Below, piece after piece: positions 1 through 9,534 of a stretch of DNA of 64,000 nucleotides. The notes beneath the pieces are model-generated. The model saw nothing but the letters and a program-made list of their open reading frames with translations. It was not told the origin of the DNA and did not search any database. The stretch comes from Oscillospiraceae bacterium. GTDB lineage: Bacteria; Bacillota; Clostridia; UBA1212; UBA1255. The stretch is from assembly GCA_015069185.1 (NCBI GenBank), contig SVJB01000004.1, positions 58,853 to 122,852 on the forward strand. Direction: 5' to 3'. The translations under genes and the position numbers were made by a program. How positions within the stretch are numbered: position 1 is the stretch's first letter; every line of letters begins with the position of its first letter.

Positions 1-874
1 GGCCAAGTTTATAAAGGAAAATTATAACATTACTGTAGATCCTACATCTGTATTTGATATACAGGTAAAGCGTCTGCATATGTATAAACGTCAGATTCTT
101 AACGTACTCCATATTATGGATTTGTATAACAGATTGTGTGAGAATCCGGCTCTCGATATTACGCCCCGTACATTCATATTTGGTGCGAAAGCTTTCCCAG
201 GATATACAATTGCTAAGAATACAATCAAGCTTATTTGTACAGTCGCAGATAAAATCAATAATGACAAACGTGTTGCTGATAAGCTTAAGGTTGTATTTGT
301 ACCTAATTATGGTGTGAGTCTTGCTCAGATTATGATACCGGCAGGAGACATCAGTGAGCAAATTTCTACTGCATCCAAGGAAGCTTCAGGTACAGGAAAT
401 ATGAAATTTATGATGAACGGTGCGGTTACGGTTGCTACACTTGACGGTGCTAACGTAGAGATTCACGAGGCTGTAGGTGATGATAATATTGTATTATTTG
501 GCTTGAGATCAGAAGAGGTTATTGCATATCAGAAAAATGGCAATTACCGTGTACAGGATGTTATCAAAAACGATGTACGTCTTCAAAATATTCTCCGTCA
601 GATAAGTCAGGGATATTTTGGTTTGGCTCCGGAGAGTGATTTTGATCTGATCCTTGATCAGCTTGTGACACATAATGATCCATTCTTTACTTTGCGAGAC
701 TTTGGTTCATACGTTGATGCGCAAAATAGAATCAGCCATCTTTACCGAGATACCAATACTTTCCGTCGTATGTCTGTAGTAAACATTGCGGAATCAGGTA
801 TTTTCTCCAGTGACAATACTATCAAGAATTATGCAGAAGAAATCTGGAATGTAAGACATGATTATAAAGCATAA
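1..874 (+). CDS. glgP: Glycogen/maltodextrin phosphorylase, C-terminal part; the 5' end lies outside the window
   Basis: The translation (EASGTGNMKFMMNGAVTVATLDGANVEI, VFVPNYGVSLAQ) matches the conserved C-terminal region of GT35 alpha-glucan phosphorylases around the PLP-binding lysine. The reading frame is open from the window edge. Confidence 0.85.
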   Translation, partial: AKFIKENYNITVDPTSVFDIQVKRLHMYKRQILNVLHIMDLYNRLCENPALDITPRTFIFGAKAFPGYTIAKNTIKLICTVADKINNDKRVADKLKVVFVPNYGVSLAQIMIPAGDISEQISTASKEASGTGNMKFMMNGAVTVATLDGANVEIHEAVGDDNIVLFGLRSEEVIAYQKNGNYRVQDVIKNDVRLQNILRQISQGYFGLAPESDFDLILDQLVTHNDPFFTLRDFGSYVDAQNRISHLYRDTNTFRRMSVVNIAESGIFSSDNTIKNYAEEIWNVRHDYKA

Positions 875-2561
875 CTCACGGGAACTTAAATACAAAGATC
901 CATACGGCGCGGTGCCATGTTTGAGCCGCGTCCGTCTTGCTTTTGAATTCTTTGAATGTAATCGGCAGCAGCTTGATGTATCGTCACTGTTAACCCTCAG
1001 ATGGGAAGCAGAATATGACTACGAGGATATTTATATAATACCGGCTTCTGTAGAGTACATTGGTGAAAATGAGAGCTCCGGTTTTATAGTTACGTATATT
1101 TTAGAACCTGAGGTATTAAAACGTCCCGGAACGTATTTTTATTCTCTTCCTGATTTTGCCGACAGGCAGCTTACTGTTTACAGACAGGATCTTGATGTGC
1201 CTGAGTGGTTTCTTAACTCCATTATTTACCAGATATTTCCTGACAGATTCTACAAAGGAGACGGACCGTGTGAATATAAGAAAGACTCCTTTATGTATGC
1301 TACCTGGCAGGATACACCTATGTATATAAGAGACGAGAAAAACGATATTATTCGTTGGGATTTTTATGGCGGTAATTTATGGGGTGTATGTCAGAAACTG
1401 GATTATATAAAAGCTTTGGGCGCTGACATTATTTACTTGAATCCTATTTTCAAATCTATAAGCAACCATCGATATGACACTTGTGACTATACACAGGTAG
1501 ATGGTCTCCTTGGCGGGGAGGAAGCTTTTGCTCATTTGTTAGAAGAAGCCGGCAAACTTGATATAGGTATAATGTTAGATGGAGTTTTCAGCCATACAGG
1601 CAATGATAGTATATATTTTGATATGTATAATAAGTACGGAAAAGGTGCTTATCATAATACTGATTCTCCATATAGGAATTGGTATCGTTTCAAAGAAGAT
1701 GGCACATATGAGTGCTGGTGGGATATACCGGCAGTGCCTAATGTAAATGAATTAGAGCCATCATACCTTGACTATATTGTTCGCAATGATGATGGTGTTA
1801 TCAAAACCCGTGGCAAACAGGGTATTTGCGGTTGGCGCCTTGATGTGGCGGATGAACTTCCCAGTGAGTTTCTAAGAGAATTACGTGCTGCAGTATGTGA
1901 TGACCAGGTTGTACTTGGTGAAGTATGGGAAGATGGTTCAAACAAGGTAAGCTATGGCGCTAGGCGTACATATTTTACTGAAAAGGAGCTTCATACAGTA
2001 ACCAACTACGTTTTTCACGATAATTTGCTAAAATTTCTGCAGGGAGAGATAACTTCTGGTGAACTTACAGAAGTGTTTGAATCGCTTAAGGAAAATCTGC
2101 CAAAACATAACTTCTACGCGCTGGTAAACATGACAGGTACACATGACATTGTCCGGCTGGCAACAGTCTGTGGAGACCGTGATATGGTAAAGGCCTTCTC
2201 TCTGGTACAGTTTACATTTCCGGGTGTGCCTCTTGTGTACTATGGTGATGAAACGATGCTAGAGGGTGAATTAGATCCGGATAACAGGCGTCCGATGCCT
2301 TGGAATAGTTTGGATCAAGCTTCCGTAAAATGGTTTTCTGATCTTGCCGGATTAAGGAAATCAGACTCCTGCTATACTAAGGGTGAAATAACTTTTGTGA
2401 ACATGGACGATAACGATATTTTTGCATACAAACGTACCTGGGAAGACAGAGAAAAAATGGTAATTATCGACAGAAAACACAGAGGTATTGAATATTTTGA
2501 CAAAAAAGTATATAGTGTAGTTACTCAAGCTGGTAATTGGGCTTGGCTACTTGAGAAATAA
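858..2561 (+). CDS. GH13 alpha-amylase family enzyme of the neopullulanase/cyclomaltodextrinase type
   Basis: N-terminal IYQIFPDRF motif, GH13 region signatures (DGVFSHTG, GWRLDVADELP, GEVWED) and 567 aa length. It overlaps the glgP stop by 17 nt. Confidence 0.8.
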   Translation: MIIKHNSRELKYKDPYGAVPCLSRVRLAFEFFECNRQQLDVSSLLTLRWEAEYDYEDIYIIPASVEYIGENESSGFIVTYILEPEVLKRPGTYFYSLPDFADRQLTVYRQDLDVPEWFLNSIIYQIFPDRFYKGDGPCEYKKDSFMYATWQDTPMYIRDEKNDIIRWDFYGGNLWGVCQKLDYIKALGADIIYLNPIFKSISNHRYDTCDYTQVDGLLGGEEAFAHLLEEAGKLDIGIMLDGVFSHTGNDSIYFDMYNKYGKGAYHNTDSPYRNWYRFKEDGTYECWWDIPAVPNVNELEPSYLDYIVRNDDGVIKTRGKQGICGWRLDVADELPSEFLRELRAAVCDDQVVLGEVWEDGSNKVSYGARRTYFTEKELHTVTNYVFHDNLLKFLQGEITSGELTEVFESLKENLPKHNFYALVNMTGTHDIVRLATVCGDRDMVKAFSLVQFTFPGVPLVYYGDETMLEGELDPDNRRPMPWNSLDQASVKWFSDLAGLRKSDSCYTKGEITFVNMDDNDIFAYKRTWEDREKMVIIDRKHRGIEYFDKKVYSVVTQAGNWAWLLEK

Positions 2562-2580
2562 TATAGGATAGGTGATATTT

Positions 2581-3036
2581 GTGAAATGTCCTTTTTGCAG
2601 CCATATGGAAGATAAAGTAATTGATTCGAGACCTACTGAGGAGGGTAGTGCCATAAGAAGAAGACGCGAATGCCTTAAGTGCGGTGCTCGTTTTACCACG
2701 TATGAAAAAATTGAGGATACACCCCTTATCGTTATTAAGAAAGATGGCACACGTCAGATTTATGATAGAAATAAGATTATAAATTGTATCTTAAAGGCGT
2801 GCAGCAAGCGTCCTGTGTCTATTACTCAAGTGGAGGATCTGGCTATCAATGTGGAGCAAGTTATACTAAATAGTATGAAAAGAGAGATAACTTCTACAGA
2901 GATAGGCGAACTTATAATGCCAAGGCTTAAGAATCTTGATGAGGTCGCATATGTAAGATTTGCTTCTGTATATAAGCAGTTCAAAGATGTAGATACATTT
3001 ATGGCAGAACTTTCCAAAATAATACAGGAGAAGTAA
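2581..3036 (+). CDS. nrdR: Transcriptional repressor NrdR
   Basis: [18 protein letters not shown]...[17 protein letters not shown] shows the zinc-ribbon plus ATP-cone pattern typical of NrdR. The ORF track starts at GTG 2572; I prefer GTG 2581, which gives MKCPFC. Confidence 0.9.
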   Translation: MKCPFCSHMEDKVIDSRPTEEGSAIRRRRECLKCGARFTTYEKIEDTPLIVIKKDGTRQIYDRNKIINCILKACSKRPVSITQVEDLAINVEQVILNSMKREITSTEIGELIMPRLKNLDEVAYVRFASVYKQFKDVDTFMAELSKIIQEK

Positions 3037-3142
3037 TTCCGGGAAATAAAATTTTGAATTTTGACACAATTTTTCACGGTGACAATAAGAAAAACGGTGA
3101 AAATTCCATAAAAAACAACAATAAACAATACAGCTTGTCGCA

Positions 3143-3180
3143 CCCTGCGGGAAATATACCGCAGGGTGTATTTTTTTGAA
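3143..3180 (+). terminator. Rho-independent terminator after nrdR
   Basis: A GC-rich inverted repeat GCACCCTGCGG-loop-CCGCAGGGTG is followed by a run of T residues. Confidence 0.7.
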
Positions 3181-3250
3181 GAAGCGGCTGTGATAGACTT
3201 TGCTTGCAAGGGGCAAAGAGAGCCTTGGTGCAGGAAGGAGCCGTAAATAA

Positions 3251-4819
3251 ATGCTGTCAAATATTAAGACGTATGGGATTTTGGGAATAAAAAGCTTTCA
3301 AATAGATGTTGAGACCAATATATCAAGAGGGATTCCGGAATTTGATATTGTGGGTCAGGGTGACGTTTCTATTAAGGAGTCCAGAGTGAGAGTCAGGACA
3401 GCAATTATAAATAGTGACTATAAGTTTCCTGACGGCAAGATTGCAGTGAATCTGGCACCTGCCGCTTTGCGCAAAGAAGGCACGTTTCTTGATTTGCCTA
3501 TTGCTGTAGGGATTTTATGCGCATCAGGGGATATTAAGTGTAAATGTATTGATAGATGCGCCATTATCGGTGAATTGTCACTGAGCGGGGAAGTAAGACC
3601 AGTGGAGGGTATGCTGATACGCCTTAGTCAGGCTGTGCTTGATGGAGCGATGCACGCCATTGTACCATATGAGAATGCCGATGAAGCGGTGTTAGTAAAG
3701 GAATGTAATATTTATCCTGTAAAGGACTTGACGGAGACGGTGTCAGTACTTAATTCTCTTACTCTAGACAGCAAGGGCATCAGTATGGGACGTGTATGCT
3801 GTGACGGGAGTTTTGATGAAAGTTCATCTGGAATTGATTTAAATATATCTGATAACATTGAAGATTTTTCAGATGTAAAGGGTCAATATCAGGCACGGCG
3901 GGCAATGGAGATTGCAGCATGTGGAGGTCATAATATTCTGCTGGCAGGTGCTCCGGGCTGCGGTAAGACTATGCTTGGACGGCGCTTTGCAGGTATATTA
4001 CCACCACTTACTGATAGCGAAGCATACGAAGTTACCGGAGTATATAGCCTGGCACGTTTGTTGCCAAATAACAAAGGCTTGATGCGCATCAGGCCTCTTA
4101 GAATTATATCACCGGGGATTACCAAAATTGCACTTATTGGTGGTGGCAGACCATTGATGCCCGGAGAGATTAGTCTGGCGCATAATGGTGTGCTCTTTAT
4201 GGATGAGATGACTGAATATGAGAGTTCCTTTATTCAGCTACTCAGGCAGCCTTTGGAGAGGCGAAGCTTGCTTGTGTCAAGACTTGGTCACGCACAGTGT
4301 TTGCCTACAGACTTTATCTTTGTGGGAGCGGCTAATCCGTGTAAATGCGGCAGATATTTTGAAGGTGAATGTACATGTACCCCAAATCAGGTACGGGCAA
4401 CATTATCGCGCATATCCAAGCCGATATTAGACCGTATTGATCTACATGTTCCGATGAAACGTATTTCTTATGATGATATTGAGTCGCAAGATAGCTGTGA
4501 ATGCAGTAGTATAATCAGACAGCGTGTTATTCAGGTCAGAGCATATCAGCTAGAACGATACAAAGGTAAAGGATTGACTTTGAATGCTCATTTAACAGGT
4601 GCAGATATTAATACATACTGTGCTTTGGATAAAGAATGCAGAAAATTATTGCGCAAAGCTACAGATACTATGAGGTTTAGCGCCAGAGGTTATAATAAGA
4701 TTATTAAAATAGCACGTACAATTGCCGATATGGAGTTTAGCGATTCTATCAGTGTGGATCATGTGGCTGAGGCTATTTCCTACAGGGCATTTGACAGCCT
4801 TTTCACAGAAGAAAAATAA
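3251..4819 (+). CDS. comM: YifB/ComM-family Mg-chelatase-like AAA+ ATPase
   Basis: An N-terminal Lon-like domain, a Walker A (LLAGAPGCGKT), a ChlI-like AAA+ core and 522 aa length. Confidence 0.85.
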   Translation: MLSNIKTYGILGIKSFQIDVETNISRGIPEFDIVGQGDVSIKESRVRVRTAIINSDYKFPDGKIAVNLAPAALRKEGTFLDLPIAVGILCASGDIKCKCIDRCAIIGELSLSGEVRPVEGMLIRLSQAVLDGAMHAIVPYENADEAVLVKECNIYPVKDLTETVSVLNSLTLDSKGISMGRVCCDGSFDESSSGIDLNISDNIEDFSDVKGQYQARRAMEIAACGGHNILLAGAPGCGKTMLGRRFAGILPPLTDSEAYEVTGVYSLARLLPNNKGLMRIRPLRIISPGITKIALIGGGRPLMPGEISLAHNGVLFMDEMTEYESSFIQLLRQPLERRSLLVSRLGHAQCLPTDFIFVGAANPCKCGRYFEGECTCTPNQVRATLSRISKPILDRIDLHVPMKRISYDDIESQDSCECSSIIRQRVIQVRAYQLERYKGKGLTLNAHLTGADINTYCALDKECRKLLRKATDTMRFSARGYNKIIKIARTIADMEFSDSISVDHVAEAISYRAFDSLFTEEK

Positions 4820-4831
4820 CATTAGGAGTAT

Positions 4832-5926
4832 ATGATGAATAATAGAGATTTTAATAAGTTTTTCTATGTTTGGATAAGTCTGTTGGGTGAGAGCAGGTAT
4901 AAAACTTTGCGCTTTCTTATAGAAGAGTACGGCTGTGTTGAACATATAGCGGCAATCAAAAGTCGTGAAGACTTTACTCAGGCTTTGGCGGCATCGGAAA
5001 AACTCGCTGAAAATATTTTAGACCCTGATAAGAAGAAGGAGGCTCAGCATATTTGTTGTGAGGCAGCACGCCTTGGTATGAATATTGTGACTCTTGGAGA
5101 TGAGGAGTATCCTGAATATTTAAGTCAGATATATGCGCCGCCTCTTGTATTGTACTATTACGGCGCCTTGCCTCCTATGGGTTCACAGGCTGTCGCCGTA
5201 GTTGGATCCAGAGGCGCCAGTGGATACGGCAGAAATGTAGCATACAATCTATCAAAAGACTTAGCAAGCGCCGGCATTACCATTGTCAGCGGCATGGCAA
5301 GAGGAATTGACAGTTGTGCACATAAAGGTGCTTTGGCTGCGGGTACACCTACTGTTGCAGTATTAGGCTGTGGCGCAGATTATATATATCCGCCTGAAAA
5401 TAAAGAGTTGTACCATAAAATCACTGATTGTGGCGCTGTGATCAGCGAATTTTATCCGGGAACAATGCCTCAAAAGCAGTTTTTTCCTGCTCGTAATAGA
5501 ATTATTGCAGGGCTGTGTGCAGGGACTCTTGTAGTAGAGGCTCGCAGTAGCAGCGGAGCATTAATAACCACCGACAGCGCACTCAGAGAAAACAGAACAG
5601 TATATGCTATACCGGGGAATATCAACAGTGAGCTTTCTCTTGGTACAAATAAATTGATACAAAAAGGTGCGGTTTGTGTTACTTGTGCTAAGGATATTTT
5701 AGATGATCTTGGAGTGGATACTAAGCCAGGAGTCATTAGTAAAATAGATGGGCTTGACAAGAATCAGATTGCTGTTTGCCTTGCAATCTTGTCAAATGCA
5801 CAGAGCGTAGAAGAGGTGTGTGCTGCAACTAGTCTGGATGTTGCAACAGTCCTTGGCACTGTTACTCAACTTAAAATTAACGGAATAATAGAGGGAGTTG
5901 GTTTTGGAAATTATGTAGTGAAGTGA
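4832..5926 (+). CDS. dprA: DNA-processing protein DprA (Smf)
   Basis: A Rossmann-like DprA core (VVGSRGASGYGRNVAYNLSKDLASAGITIVSGMARGIDSCAHKGAL) sits in the conserved position upstream of topA. Confidence 0.9.
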   Translation: MMNNRDFNKFFYVWISLLGESRYKTLRFLIEEYGCVEHIAAIKSREDFTQALAASEKLAENILDPDKKKEAQHICCEAARLGMNIVTLGDEEYPEYLSQIYAPPLVLYYYGALPPMGSQAVAVVGSRGASGYGRNVAYNLSKDLASAGITIVSGMARGIDSCAHKGALAAGTPTVAVLGCGADYIYPPENKELYHKITDCGAVISEFYPGTMPQKQFFPARNRIIAGLCAGTLVVEARSSSGALITTDSALRENRTVYAIPGNINSELSLGTNKLIQKGAVCVTCAKDILDDLGVDTKPGVISKIDGLDKNQIAVCLAILSNAQSVEEVCAATSLDVATVLGTVTQLKINGIIEGVGFGNYVVK

Positions 5927-6036
5927 TTTAATGTTTATACACCTTCAAAAAAACCACTTTACAGAATCAAAAGATGAGGGTATTATAAGAAAATCGTTTT
6001 ACGATAAGTCGAATTTGCCTGTTTGAGAAAGGTTTT

Positions 6037-8160
6037 GTGAAAATGGCAGATAATTTAGTTATTATAGAGTCACCGGGAAAAGTTAAAACAATAAGCAAAG
6101 TCCTCGGTAGTAAATATAAAGTTATGGCATCGGCAGGACACTTAAGAGACCTGCCTGCAAGTAAGCTTGCCATTGATGTAGAAAATGATTTCAAACCTGA
6201 TTACATCAACATAAGAGGTAAGGGCGACATGATTAAGGAACTTCGAGCTGCCAGTAAAGCTGCAAAGAAAGTTTATCTTGCGACTGACCCTGATCGTGAA
6301 GGAGAAGCAATATCATGGCATCTTTCATATCTGCTTGGTATAGATCCTGCATCATTTTGTCGGATAACATTTAACGAACTTACTGAAAATGCAATTAAGA
6401 AAGCTGTTAAGGAACCAAGAGCAATAGATATGGAAATGGTTGATGCATACCAGGCAAGGCGAGTACTTGATCGTTTGGTTGGATATTCTATCAGCCCTGT
6501 ACTATGGCGCAAAGTTAAGAAAGGTCTCAGCGGTGGACGCGTACAATCAGTTGCTGTAAGACTTATATGTGATAGAGAAGATGAGATAGACGCATTTGAG
6601 AGTAAAGAGTTCTGGACCATTTCTGCAAGACTATGTAAAGACACAGATGTAAAGACTAAGGCAAAGGAATTTTCAGCAAAATTCCACGGAACTACTAAGA
6701 AAAAAATAAATATTGAGACAGGGCAAGAGGCACAGAAAATTGTAGATGCAGTGTCAAAAGAAATTTTCACAGTTAGTTCCATTAAGAACACTGAAAAAAG
6801 AAAATCACCGTTGCCACCTTTCATAACAAGTACACTACAGCAGGATGCATCGAGAAAGCTTTCTTTTACAGCAAGTCGTACAATGAGTGTGGTACAGACA
6901 CTTTATGAAGGTGTTAATCTCGGTAAAGCAGGCGCTACAGGTCTCGTTACGTATATAAGAACAGACTCTATGCGTATTTCAGACGAGGCTGCACAGGCTG
7001 CTCACGATTATATAGAGCAGAATTATGGAAGTAACTTCTTGCCGCCTAAGAGACGTATATATAAAAATAAGAATGCCGCTCAGGATGCACACGAAGCAAT
7101 TCGTCCTACTCACATTGATTTAAAGCCGGATGATATCAAGGCAAATCTCACAAATGATCAGTATAAGTTATATAAACTGATTTATGAAAGATTTATTGCC
7201 AGTCAGATGGCAGATTGTGTATATGATGTATGTGCTGTTGATATTGAGGCAGGTGAATACCTGTTCAAGGCAACCGGTACAGTAGTTAAGTTTGCAGGCT
7301 ATACAAAAGTTTATGAAGATATCAATGATAAGAAAGAAAAAGAAGACGGCGAGAATGGCAAGCTTCCTGAACTTGGTGAAAATGAGCAACTTAAGACTCT
7401 TGCGATAGCGCCCAAACAGCACTTTACTCAACCACCATCAAGATATAACGAAGCGTCACTTATTAAGGCTCTGGAGGAACATGGTATAGGTAGACCGAGC
7501 ACATATGCGCCGACAATCACAGTTATCCAGACACGTGGATATGTAGGCAAGGAAAAGAAAATGCTATATCCTACTGCTTTGGGTCGTATTGTAAACGACC
7601 TTATGAAGAACAGCTTCCCTGATATTGTAGATGTTAAGTTTACTGCAAAGGTAGAGGATAATCTTGACCATGTGGCAGAGGGTGATATTTACTGGGTGGA
7701 TGTTATAAGAGAGTTTTATACTGATTTTGATAAAGAGGTAAAGGTGGCATTAGATGAGCTGGAACATGTTAAGATACCGGATCCTGTAAGTGATGTTGCC
7801 TGTGATAAATGTGGCCGCATGATGGTAATTAAGACAGGTAAATTCGGACAGTTCTTAGCATGTCCGGGATATCCCGAATGTAAGAATACAAAGCCGATTA
7901 TAGAAGAAGCAGGCGTAGCTTGTCCAAAATGCGGTAGGAATTTGATTTATAGAAAGTCTAAGGCAGGTAAGAAGTATATCACATGCAGCGGATACCCTGA
8001 GTGCAAATTCATGTCATGGAATCTTCCTACAGGCAAGGCTTGCCCTGAGTGTGGAGAGCATCTTGAATACGTCATTGGTAAGAGCGGACGATTTGTTGCG
8101 TGCAGTAACAAAGACTGTCAATATAAGATTGGAATAAAAGAATATAAAAAAAGCGAGTGA
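6037..8160 (+). CDS. topA: DNA topoisomerase I
   Basis: A TOPRIM N-terminus (VIIESPGKVKTI), a type IA core and C-terminal tandem C4 zinc ribbons (CDKCGRMM, CPKCGRNL, CPECGEHL). The ATG at 6043 may be the true start. Confidence 0.95.
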   Translation: MKMADNLVIIESPGKVKTISKVLGSKYKVMASAGHLRDLPASKLAIDVENDFKPDYINIRGKGDMIKELRAASKAAKKVYLATDPDREGEAISWHLSYLLGIDPASFCRITFNELTENAIKKAVKEPRAIDMEMVDAYQARRVLDRLVGYSISPVLWRKVKKGLSGGRVQSVAVRLICDREDEIDAFESKEFWTISARLCKDTDVKTKAKEFSAKFHGTTKKKINIETGQEAQKIVDAVSKEIFTVSSIKNTEKRKSPLPPFITSTLQQDASRKLSFTASRTMSVVQTLYEGVNLGKAGATGLVTYIRTDSMRISDEAAQAAHDYIEQNYGSNFLPPKRRIYKNKNAAQDAHEAIRPTHIDLKPDDIKANLTNDQYKLYKLIYERFIASQMADCVYDVCAVDIEAGEYLFKATGTVVKFAGYTKVYEDINDKKEKEDGENGKLPELGENEQLKTLAIAPKQHFTQPPSRYNEASLIKALEEHGIGRPSTYAPTITVIQTRGYVGKEKKMLYPTALGRIVNDLMKNSFPDIVDVKFTAKVEDNLDHVAEGDIYWVDVIREFYTDFDKEVKVALDELEHVKIPDPVSDVACDKCGRMMVIKTGKFGQFLACPGYPECKNTKPIIEEAGVACPKCGRNLIYRKSKAGKKYITCSGYPECKFMSWNLPTGKACPECGEHLEYVIGKSGRFVACSNKDCQYKIGIKEYKKSE

Positions 8161-8166
8161 TAACAA

Positions 8167-9534
8167 ATGGCAATCTGTGTGATAGGCGGAGGGCTTGCAG
8201 GCTCTGAGGCTGCATGGCAAATTGCAAAGAGAGGCATTGAAGTGGACTTATACGAAATGAAGCCTGCTCTGTATTCTCCTGCTCACAATTTACCAACACT
8301 TGCCGAAATGGTATGCAGCAATTCACTTAAAGCAAAGACCTTGGATAACGCGTCCGGCCTTCTTAAGGAGGAAATGCGTAGATTGGGTTCGCTTATCCTT
8401 GATTGTGCAGACGAGAACAGTGTGCCTGCAGGCGGAGCACTTGCTGTGGATAGAGAACGGTTCTCCCAGAGTGTTACAAAGAAAATAGAGGACAATCCTC
8501 TTATCAATATAATCAGACAAGAGGTAACATCTATTGGTGAGATGGTGTCAAAATACCAGGCTGTTATTATCGCATCAGGGCCGCTTACATCTGACAGTCT
8601 GGCAAAGGAATTACAAGGAAAAGGTCTGGCTCTGTTGAACTTCTTTGATGCAGCGGCACCGATAATAATGGAAGACAGCATCGATAAGTCAAAGGTTTTC
8701 AAGGCAGCAAGATATGGAAAGGGAACAGATGATTACATCAACTGTCCAATGAATAGGCAGCAGTATATGGAATTTTATGACGCGCTGATACATGCAAAGC
8801 GTGCAACTGTACATGATTTTGATAATAGTTGCGTGTACGAGGGTTGCATGCCCGTAGAGGTTATGGCAGATAGAGGTATTGATACTTTGCGCTTTGGACC
8901 ACTTAAACCGGTAGGTCTTAATAATCCGGAAACAGGAGAAGAATATTATGCTGTTTGTCAGCTTAGACAAGACAACAGTGAGGGTACTATGTACAATATG
9001 GTAGGTTTCCAGACCAGATTAACTTTTGGTGAGCAGAAGCGTGTATTTGGCATGATTCCGGGATTGGAAAATGCAGAATTTGTCAGATACGGCGTAATGC
9101 ATAGAAATACATACATAAATGCCCCCGGAACACTTGATGAAACATATATGGTACGTAATTCAGGCTACGATGTACCGTTATTCTTTGCCGGGCAGATAAC
9201 AGGTGTGGAGGGATATATTGAATCAGCTTCGTCTGGCTTGGTAGCAGGAATAAATGCAGCAAAGATAGTAAAGAATGAAGAAAAGTTTGAACTGCCGGCC
9301 TCCACAATGATTGGTGCTTTGGCAAATTATAGTGCTAATTATCAGGGAAGTGACTACCAGCCTATGGGAGCAAACTTCGGTATCGTTAAGCACCAGATAG
9401 GTTCTACTGTCATAATTAATGGAAAAAAGAAAAAGTTGGGCAAAACTGAAAAAAAACAGTTGATATCTGAGTCCGCTTTGAATATACTGTCTACAATACT
9501 AGATAATCGGGAGGGACATATTAATGAAGAATAA
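8167..9534 (+). CDS. trmFO: Methylenetetrahydrofolate--tRNA-(uracil54-C5)-methyltransferase TrmFO (Gid)
   Basis: An FAD-binding N-terminus (VIGGGLAGSEAAWQIAKRG), GidA-like core motifs, and the conserved position downstream of topA. Confidence 0.9.
   Translation: MAICVIGGGLAGSEAAWQIAKRGIEVDLYEMKPALYSPAHNLPTLAEMVCSNSLKAKTLDNASGLLKEEMRRLGSLILDCADENSVPAGGALAVDRERFSQSVTKKIEDNPLINIIRQEVTSIGEMVSKYQAVIIASGPLTSDSLAKELQGKGLALLNFFDAAAPIIMEDSIDKSKVFKAARYGKGTDDYINCPMNRQQYMEFYDALIHAKRATVHDFDNSCVYEGCMPVEVMADRGIDTLRFGPLKPVGLNNPETGEEYYAVCQLRQDNSEGTMYNMVGFQTRLTFGEQKRVFGMIPGLENAEFVRYGVMHRNTYINAPGTLDETYMVRNSGYDVPLFFAGQITGVEGYIESASSGLVAGINAAKIVKNEEKFELPASTMIGALANYSANYQGSDYQPMGANFGIVKHQIGSTVIINGKKKKLGKTEKKQLISESALNILSTILDNREGHINEE

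Noticed and set aside
2547-3260. Short antisense ORFs, including 2547-2750(-), 2826-3260(-) and 2866-3216(-), and many similar 60-200-aa ORFs overlapping annotated genes on the opposite strand
   Set aside because: They lie wholly inside strongly supported genes or terminator regions. They show low-complexity, stop-poor antisense composition and lack RBS context. They are artefacts of six-frame translation.
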